Shown here piece by piece: positions 57,389 through 64,000 of a stretch of 64,000 nt of DNA. Each line of letters opens with the position of its first letter. Within the stretch, counting starts at the first letter, position 1. This stretch comes from an uncultured Ignavibacteria bacterium (GTDB taxonomy: Bacteria > Zixibacteria > MSB-5A5 > CAIYYT01). The notes beneath the pieces were generated by a model that made no database searches, was not told the DNA's origin, and worked only from the letters and a program-made list of their open reading frames with translations. Position numbers and translations under genes: made by a program. The DNA lies in the NCBI GenBank assembly GCA_964584025.1, contig CAZOYE010000002.1, positions 184,090-248,089 of the forward strand, read 5' to 3'.

Positions 57389-59625
57389 GTTCGAGTCTGC
57401 AAAGATGTATTAGCAAGTCCGCCGGACTGGTGTGGATCCTGCCGGCGGTCCTGATTGCCCTGTGCAGGTTCGCACCGTTAGAGGGTGCCGAAATGACCGG
57501 TGTCGTCCTGGATGCCGAGACACACACTCGAATACCCCTTGCGACTGTAGAACTTGTCGGGCAATCGGGGTCTGTGGCTACGGACAGCCTCGGCGAGTTT
57601 ATGCTGACGGGGCTCGTAGCCCACCGCGTTACCCTTCACGTCTCACACGTGGCTTACAAGGATAACACGGTGACTGTGGAGCTCGGCCGGAACCAGCCGA
57701 AAAAGCTGGCGATCTATCTTTTTCCAAAGACAATCGAAGGCACGGCGGTCGTCGTCATGGGCGAGCACCAGCACTCGAAGTTTGAAGAGCTGAGTGAACG
57801 GGCGACCGTACTGGCGGGGCAGGACCTGCAACGGGAGATGGGACTAACACTGGCATCTGCGTTAAGAAATGAAACCGGGCTGGCGATTCGTGCAATGGGA
57901 CCCGCCCCGGCAAGACCCGTGATCCGCGGGCTTGGCGGTGACCGGGTTGCGATCAGCGAGGACGGCGCCAAGACTGTTGATCTGTCGGCGACTTCGCCCG
58001 ACCACGCCGTCACGATCGAGCCGTTTGCCGTCGAACAGGTCGAGGTTGTCCGCGGTCCGCGGGTGCTGTTGCAGACCCCGACCACTATCGGCGGCGTGGT
58101 CAACGTCGTGCGCCACGAGGTACCCGACGTCCATCACGACAAGATTTACGGAGTTGCCGGCGCGTATGCGGAGTCGGCCAACCGCGGCGGACTGGGATCG
58201 TTCTTGCTCGATGTGCCGTTGCATCCGCTGGCACTTCGCGGCGAATTCAGCCGCCGCAGCGCCGGAGATCTTGCGACACCTGCCGGGCGACTGACTAATT
58301 CCGATTCACGGACGACCGATTTCAGCGTTGGCGGCAGCCTGATCGACGATTTCGGATTCGCCGGCTATTCCTTTCGGCAATTCGATCTCGAGTACGGCGT
58401 GCCCGGTGGGTTCATTGGCGCCCACCCGCGCGGTGTAGACATCGAGATGCTCAAGCGACAGCATAATGTGCGATCGGAGATCGTGCTTGGCACCGGCGTA
58501 CTAAAGCGTCTACGCCTGCAGTTGAGCCGCACTTATTATCGTCATAAGGAATTCGAAGCGAGCGGGTTGATCGGCTCTGAGTTTCGAATTCGCGATATCA
58601 GCGGGCGGCTCGATCTGGTGCACCGCCTGGCGGAGTTCCTGCCAGATGGTACAGCCGGCATCTCGTTCGAGGCGCGCGACTTCAATATCGGCGGCTTCGT
58701 TTTCACCCCACGTTCAAAATCGCAAAACCTCGCCGGCTGCATCTATGAATCTGTGACATCTGGTCGGATCAGTTCTGAGATTGCACTCCGCGCGGCACAC
58801 GATCAACTCCGGCCTGATGACCCTCGATTCACCGAGACCGATCACGGCGTGAGAAAGCGCGAGTTCACGACTTGGTCGGCGTCCTGGTCGCTCATGTACA
58901 GCCTGTCGCAAAGCTACCATCTGGGCGCCAATTTGAGTCGCTCATCGCGCGTTCCGACGATCGAAGAACTCTATTCGAACGGTCCGCACCTTGCGGCTTA
59001 CTCATATGAAGTCGGAAATCCGAGTCTGGATGTCGAACACGGCGTCGGTGTGGAGTTGTTTACATATCACAAATCGCCCCGTCTCTACCTGATGGTAACC
59101 GGCTTCCTCTACGAAATGGATTACTACATAATTCCACGCAATTCAGGCGAGATCAACTATCAGACCTTTCTGCCCGTCTACCGCACGGAAGGTGTCGCAG
59201 CGCGGCTCGAAGGTGTCGAAGGACTTATCGAAGTCAGCCCCGCCGCTCATCTTACGGGTGTGTTCTCTGCCAGCTATACTCGTGGCGACTTGCGCGACGG
59301 CGGCCCGCTTCCCCAGATTCCGCCATTGAAAGCGCTTGTGGAATTGAAGTACAGCGACAACAAGTTCAACACCGGCGGGAACGTCCAGATCGCTTCTCGT
59401 CAGGACCGCCTGGACGAGTTTGAGCAAACCACTCCGGGTTATGCCGTATTGAATCTCTTTGGTCAACTCACATTGACGGCCGGTTCGCAGGTTCATAGCA
59501 TCTCGCTGAATCTTGATAATATTCTGGACAAGGAATACCGCAATCACCTCTCGCGTGTGAAGTCAATTTTGCCGGAAGCAGGGCGGAACCTGCGGGTCAC
59601 CTACAAGATGTTCTTCGACATTTAG
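57385..59625 (+). CDS. TonB-dependent outer-membrane receptor with an N-terminal carboxypeptidase-regulatory-like domain.
   Basis: Signal peptide; MTGVVLDAETHTRIPLATVELV (CarbopepD_reg-like); plug domain; C-terminal beta-barrel ending ...RVTYKMFFDI (terminal aromatic). Confidence 0.85.
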   Translation: MSSSLQRCISKSAGLVWILPAVLIALCRFAPLEGAEMTGVVLDAETHTRIPLATVELVGQSGSVATDSLGEFMLTGLVAHRVTLHVSHVAYKDNTVTVELGRNQPKKLAIYLFPKTIEGTAVVVMGEHQHSKFEELSERATVLAGQDLQREMGLTLASALRNETGLAIRAMGPAPARPVIRGLGGDRVAISEDGAKTVDLSATSPDHAVTIEPFAVEQVEVVRGPRVLLQTPTTIGGVVNVVRHEVPDVHHDKIYGVAGAYAESANRGGLGSFLLDVPLHPLALRGEFSRRSAGDLATPAGRLTNSDSRTTDFSVGGSLIDDFGFAGYSFRQFDLEYGVPGGFIGAHPRGVDIEMLKRQHNVRSEIVLGTGVLKRLRLQLSRTYYRHKEFEASGLIGSEFRIRDISGRLDLVHRLAEFLPDGTAGISFEARDFNIGGFVFTPRSKSQNLAGCIYESVTSGRISSEIALRAAHDQLRPDDPRFTETDHGVRKREFTTWSASWSLMYSLSQSYHLGANLSRSSRVPTIEELYSNGPHLAAYSYEVGNPSLDVEHGVGVELFTYHKSPRLYLMVTGFLYEMDYYIIPRNSGEINYQTFLPVYRTEGVAARLEGVEGLIEVSPAAHLTGVFSASYTRGDLRDGGPLPQIPPLKALVELKYSDNKFNTGGNVQIASRQDRLDEFEQTTPGYAVLNLFGQLTLTAGSQVHSISLNLDNILDKEYRNHLSRVKSILPEAGRNLRVTYKMFFDI

Positions 59626-59691
59626 AAGAAGCGCCGGTTGATTTGCGCCTTGACGCTTGCCTTGGCAGCGCAAGGTGGCTAACTTGTTGGT

Positions 59692-60135
59692 ATGCTGCTT
59701 AAGTTGTTTAAGATCAATGCCTGGCTGGCATTTGCCTGCGGCATCTTTGCCCTGATGATGGCTACACAAGTCGTTGATGGAGCCGCAGTGGCCATGGGTC
59801 AGAGGCCTGAGAGGGTTAACCGCGATGAACTTTACTTCGTGGCGGTAACCTTCGTGCGCGTCAGCGGCATCCTGATCCTGGTCTATTCGGCATTGGTGCG
59901 TATAGTGCTCAAAAGCTATAGCCTGCCCGAGAATCTGCGAATCACGATGACCATCTTCGTGCTTGGGCTGTTAGTCTGGGGCGGCATGCTGGTCTTTCTC
60001 ATCCCTACCAAGAGTCCAATACTTCTCTCCGTTATTGCCGTCGCGCTACTACAATGGCTGATGGTGCCGCTTTGGCTGCTCTTTAACTACAAGAAGGTCG
60101 ACGAATGGACATCGGTGAAGCCCCCGCAGGCTTAA
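59692..60135 (+). CDS. Hypothetical integral membrane protein (4 TM helices).
   Basis: Hydrophobicity pattern only. Confidence 0.4.
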   Translation: MLLKLFKINAWLAFACGIFALMMATQVVDGAAVAMGQRPERVNRDELYFVAVTFVRVSGILILVYSALVRIVLKSYSLPENLRITMTIFVLGLLVWGGMLVFLIPTKSPILLSVIAVALLQWLMVPLWLLFNYKKVDEWTSVKPPQA

Positions 60136-60145
60136 TCTCTGCTGT

Positions 60146-60724
60146 TTATCCCTTCGCCACCTTTTCAATCGTATTCCAATTCCGCGTGGTGATCTTCTTG
60201 CCGTATGCGCGTTCGAGAATCTTCATGCCGTCGATGCTGTTGTAGTCGGTCGTCACCGTCAACACGCTGAAGACCTCGGTGTTAGTGGTGCTCAGAATCA
60301 CGAAACTGCCGTTGTCCACCTTGTGCGGCAACTTGAGTCGGCTCGTGCTCTTCGCGGGCAGAAAGGTCACATAGAGCCGGGTCTCAGGCGTAACCTTGAT
60401 CCCGGCAAATGGATTGAGTTTCACAAGGGCTGTGATCGCGGCCTGCGACCTTACAATGACAGAAATCTCCTTGCCGGCAAGAAGCGCGAGCTGCTTTTCA
60501 ATCTTCTTTGCGAGAGGGAGCGTCTCATTGACCGACGAGTCAAAGAGGACATTGCCGCTGGCTAGCACGGTCTTGACATTTGTGAATCCCAATTCGATAA
60601 ACGCCAGCTTCACCGCCTCCATTTTGATGATGTTCTTCCCGCCGACGTTGATGCCGCGCAGAAAGGCTGCATAACGGGCGGTGGCGATGGACGTTGTCAC
60701 GGATTCTTTCTTGGCCATGTTCAC
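60146..60724 (-). CDS. DUF1697 domain protein.
   Basis: ...AAFLRGINVGGKNIIKMEAVK... (DUF1697 hallmark). Confidence 0.8.
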   Translation of the reverse strand: MNMAKKESVTTSIATARYAAFLRGINVGGKNIIKMEAVKLAFIELGFTNVKTVLASGNVLFDSSVNETLPLAKKIEKQLALLAGKEISVIVRSQAAITALVKLNPFAGIKVTPETRLYVTFLPAKSTSRLKLPHKVDNGSFVILSTTNTEVFSVLTVTTDYNSIDGMKILERAYGKKITTRNWNTIEKVAKG

Positions 60725-61506
60725 TTCTCTTCGAATTTTAGCGCTCTGATTGCGCAGAAGCTCGGATAGCGGCTCGTGCGAAGGTAATCCTTTGAGCTGA
60801 TCGCTTCCGCAGCCGCGCGCGGCCGCGTTTCCAGAAGTTCGGCGACAACGAAGCCGGATTGATGCAGAGCTTGAACGATGTTCTCAAAAGTATGGTGAAA
60901 ACTAATCAATTCCATCTTCTGCGCCATCTTCCAGGTGTATGGATCGTCGTGAAAATACGGACGGAGGCTGGGCGCACCACTTGCTGCTCCCGCCGGATAG
61001 ACGGAAACTTCCGCGATTGGATGGTGGCAAGAAAAGACCAATTGGCCGCTGGCGGAAAGGACACGATGACACTCGCGAAAGATCATCGTCAGATCCCGAA
61101 GGTAATGAATGAGTAAATCGCAGACGACGAAATCAAATCGCCCGTCCTTAAACGGCAATTGTTCGGCGTTCGCGACAACAAATGGGCAAGCGGGAATTCG
61201 CCTGACGGCTATCGCAATCATCTCGGCCGAGATATCCGCGCCGATCACGTTTGCGCCCCAACCGCCAAGTTTCTTCGTGATCATCCCCACGCTACAGCCA
61301 AGGTCGAGAACTCGTTTACCGCAAACGCGATTCTTCAGCAGTTTACCCATCGCGGGCATGTCAAGCTGGTCGTTCCAAAACGACCCAATGTGGTCTTTCC
61401 GCTTGGCCTCGTACAAGTGACCGTGCTCATCATATTGGCGGCGATTATGATGACGTGCGGACTTAGCGGTGATGCGACGTTGATTCTTACGATCTTTGTT
61501 ACTCAC
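60721..61506 (-). CDS. Class I SAM-dependent methyltransferase.
   Basis: VLDLGCSVGMITKKL...GADISAEMIAIA (motif I / post-I). 4-nt overlap with the DUF1697 gene. Confidence 0.8.
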   Translation of the reverse strand: MSNKDRKNQRRITAKSARHHNRRQYDEHGHLYEAKRKDHIGSFWNDQLDMPAMGKLLKNRVCGKRVLDLGCSVGMITKKLGGWGANVIGADISAEMIAIAVRRIPACPFVVANAEQLPFKDGRFDFVVCDLLIHYLRDLTMIFRECHRVLSASGQLVFSCHHPIAEVSVYPAGAASGAPSLRPYFHDDPYTWKMAQKMELISFHHTFENIVQALHQSGFVVAELLETRPRAAAEAISSKDYLRTSRYPSFCAIRALKFEEK

Positions 61507-61617
61507 GAAATCACCTGAGGACCGGCGGTGTGCTGTCCGGCCAATGCCGAGTTCTGCAGACCCGTCGCCAACTATTGTAGTGCAATTCAGGGCAAATCAA
61601 AATCACATTAGTGTCTC

Positions 61618-62718
61618 ATGCTGCCGATAATTCCAACGCAGTCAAGTTCAGTACAAGAGGACCAGTTGACCAAGACCATTCAGAATTGCTACAAGCGTCG
61701 ACGTGCGAAATTGTTTGGAATCGTCGTGATTTGTGTGGCCGCGCTGTTTAGCTGCAGCAAAGACAGATCGAGTAGTCCCGGCTCCGCATTCGAGGATAGC
61801 ACCGAGCCGGCGGTGTTTTCGGTCTGTCCGGTAACGATCGAGAAGATCACCGATCTAGAGCCGCTAGGAGCCATGAATCCTTCGGGTCATACGATTCCCA
61901 CCGACCACATCTATTTCTACACCAGTTGGACCTATGGTGAACAACCAATCTATCCGCCGGAAGTGCTGCCGGTTTATGCGCCCGGGGCCGGGGTTGTGAC
62001 CTGGCTTCTTCAGGGACAGGGTCGCGACGAGGATGCCAAGATCATGATTCGCATGAACAAGTGGGTACACTATTATCTCGACCACGTCGTGCTCGACTCA
62101 GGCATCGCCGTTGGTTCGATTTTAACTGCCGGTCAGCAAGTGGGAACCACCAAGGGGATCGCGATTGACCTTGGCGTCACCAGCGATTTGGTGACACTGC
62201 CGGGATTTGTGAACCCGGCCCGCTACGAGGGCCAGACCCTGCACGCCGATTCGCCCTTCAAGTATTTCAGCGAGCCCTTGCGCTCCCAACTCTACGCCTT
62301 GGTGCGTCGCAACGCTCCGGACAAGGACGGCAGAATCGACTACGACATTTCCGGCAAGTTGATCGGCAATTGGTTTCATGAGAGCGTGCCTGTCTCAGAA
62401 AGCATGATGCCGCCCGCCTGGCCGAAGCAACTCGCTTTCTGCCCCGACTCCAACGAGCCGTCCGAACTACGCATCTCGATCGGCGGAACCGTCTGCCCGG
62501 CCGGCAAGTTCAAACCGTCGCCGGAAGACCCGCCATTCGATGAGGTTGGCGTCTCGGCAGGCGCGGTAACTTACCATCTTAGCTATACCGAGTCGGGCTA
62601 TTGCGGAATCATGATGGTGCAGTTGATCGATAGCACACATCTGAAAGTCGAGGTCTTTCCCGATGCTGTCGGCGAAGGTCTCCCCTTCACGGCGAACGCA
62701 AAAATCTACACCAGATAG
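61618..62718 (+). CDS. Hypothetical secreted protein or lipoprotein.
   Basis: Hydrophobic N-terminus with a Cys (LFGIVVICVAALFSCS); no recognisable domain. Confidence 0.45.
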   Translation: MLPIIPTQSSSVQEDQLTKTIQNCYKRRRAKLFGIVVICVAALFSCSKDRSSSPGSAFEDSTEPAVFSVCPVTIEKITDLEPLGAMNPSGHTIPTDHIYFYTSWTYGEQPIYPPEVLPVYAPGAGVVTWLLQGQGRDEDAKIMIRMNKWVHYYLDHVVLDSGIAVGSILTAGQQVGTTKGIAIDLGVTSDLVTLPGFVNPARYEGQTLHADSPFKYFSEPLRSQLYALVRRNAPDKDGRIDYDISGKLIGNWFHESVPVSESMMPPAWPKQLAFCPDSNEPSELRISIGGTVCPAGKFKPSPEDPPFDEVGVSAGAVTYHLSYTESGYCGIMMVQLIDSTHLKVEVFPDAVGEGLPFTANAKIYTR

Positions 62719-62911
62719 ACGTTCCACTTGCAGCCCCGTTCGATCTAAGACACTTCAATAGCCCCGTTGCGTTAGAAAGGTGCCTCAACAAGGCTGCCTC
62801 CGGCACAAGGAAATCCGACAAAGAAGTCCAGAAAACAAGAACATCCCGTCACAGTGCACGTAATGGAATGTCATGACAGTTTAATGAGCTATCATATCAA
62901 TCGAGGACTTC

Positions 62912-64000
62912 ATGAAGAAGAGCATCTTGCTGGTAGTCGGCCTCATCTCGCTGACGCTCATCCCCCTTGAACTGACCTGGACCCGCCTTTTGTCCGCCGA
63001 GTTTTTCTACACCTTCGCCTTTCTGGTGCTCTCTGTGGCAATCTTGGGCCTGGGACTGGGAGGTCTTGCCCTCGCACTGATTTTCAAACAGCACCATGCC
63101 GCCATGCCTCAGTTGTATATGGCAGATTTGCTCGGCGCAGGACTCGGGGTTCTGGCGGTGATCCTCACAATGAACGCCTGTGGAACGCTTCCGACCTCTG
63201 TGCTTGTCGCTTTACCCGCGTTAGTTGCGGCACTGGTAGTCAGCCGCGGCGTTTGGAAGATCGCACCCATTGCGCTTGCCGTGGTGGTTGTCATCCTCGC
63301 GCCGAATTCAGACAACTGGCTCGGGCTGCAGCGAACCGAACGCGCGCCGGTGATCTTCACGCATTGGGATGCTATGTCGAAAATCAAGGTCTACGACTAC
63401 GGCCCCGACTCGCGCGGCATCAACATCGATAATGTAGCCAACACACCGGTCTACCGCTTTGACGGCAATTGGTCTGATGTTGATCCGGACTCAGTTGAAT
63501 GGCCAATCGATGTCTCGTATCTTATCAAACAATTCGATTCCTGCGTGTTTCTCTCGCTTGGCTCGGGCGGCGGTTCGGATGTCTTTCAGGCCCTGGTCGA
63601 AGGCGCGACGGAGATCCACGCTGTCGAAGTGAATGGCTACATCAATCAAATGATGCTGGTGGCGGACACGTCCGGTTACTCCCGCCCCCAACCGCCCCAG
63701 CCTGATTCGACCGAAATGGGCGACTCCACCGCTGCCATCGCTGAAGTGCCACCATTGATGAGCGTCGCGGAGTTTTCGGGGTTTATTTTCAAGGATCCTC
63801 GCGTCAAAGTCGTGACCGAGGATGCGCGCGCCTATGTGCGACGTTTTGAACGAAAATTCGACGTCATCTACTCGCTGAGTTCCAATAGCTGGGCGGCGTT
63901 GGCTTCCGGTTCGTTTGCGCTGGCTGAGAACTACCTCTTCACAACAGAAGCGTTCATCGATTACTGGCGAGCGCTATCCGACAGCGGTTTTATGATGATG
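62912..64000 (+). CDS. Membrane-anchored spermidine synthase-like (PABS-fold) protein, 3'-truncated at the window edge.
   Basis: Own translation: MKKSILLVVGLISLTLIPLELTWTRLLSAEFFYTFAFLVLSVAILGLGLGG... (multi-TM), then ...VFLSLGSGGGSDVFQALVEGATEIHAVEVNGYIN...VKVVTEDARAYVRRFERKFDVIYS (class I MTase/PABS-like). Not in the ORF track (no stop in window). Confidence 0.55.
   Translation, partial: MKKSILLVVGLISLTLIPLELTWTRLLSAEFFYTFAFLVLSVAILGLGLGGLALALIFKQHHAAMPQLYMADLLGAGLGVLAVILTMNACGTLPTSVLVALPALVAALVVSRGVWKIAPIALAVVVVILAPNSDNWLGLQRTERAPVIFTHWDAMSKIKVYDYGPDSRGINIDNVANTPVYRFDGNWSDVDPDSVEWPIDVSYLIKQFDSCVFLSLGSGGGSDVFQALVEGATEIHAVEVNGYINQMMLVADTSGYSRPQPPQPDSTEMGDSTAAIAEVPPLMSVAEFSGFIFKDPRVKVVTEDARAYVRRFERKFDVIYSLSSNSWAALASGSFALAENYLFTTEAFIDYWRALSDSGFMMM

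Overview
This 64 kb window is high-GC (roughly 55-58% by eye) and densely coding. It probably comes from an uncultivated Gram-negative bacterium, possibly an FCB-group candidate phylum; that placement is an inference from gene content. The backbone is replication-origin-proximal housekeeping. On the minus strand: recF, a DUF721/DciA-like gene, gyrB, a 1.2 kb insert, then gyrA. Divergently on the plus strand: htrA, rpmH, rnpA, yidD, yidC, mnmE, then mnmG, rsmG, parA, parB, an M23 peptidase and bactofilin. These end in a 169 bp lower-GC spacer that carries two perfect DnaA boxes in opposite orientation, yet no dnaA or dnaN is anywhere in the window. Also present are alaS-recX, maeB, a NarL-type two-component pair, and an exosortase/EpsI polysaccharide-type locus with two epimerases and a UbiA prenyltransferase. 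Accessory content worth attention: at least six secreted proteins with C-terminal dockerin-like calcium-binding repeats, including a tandem pair, a second paralog pair in an operon, and two small Cys-framed double-dockerin paralogs 24 kb apart. There is a GGGPS-family gene co-operonic with a GmhA (SIS) protein fused to two CDGSH iron-sulfur motifs, and a CorE-like ECF sigma with a Cys-rich tail next to a His-tailed DUF4396 membrane protein. There is an orphan DUF58 and an orphan MoxR, a DUF134 plus NifX-like pair, and REP-like hairpin repeats. I found no rRNA, tRNA, CRISPR array or transposase. Many antisense ORFs in the provided track are GC-driven artefacts, and several starts were moved to internal Met codons on the basis of N-terminal homology and RBS position.
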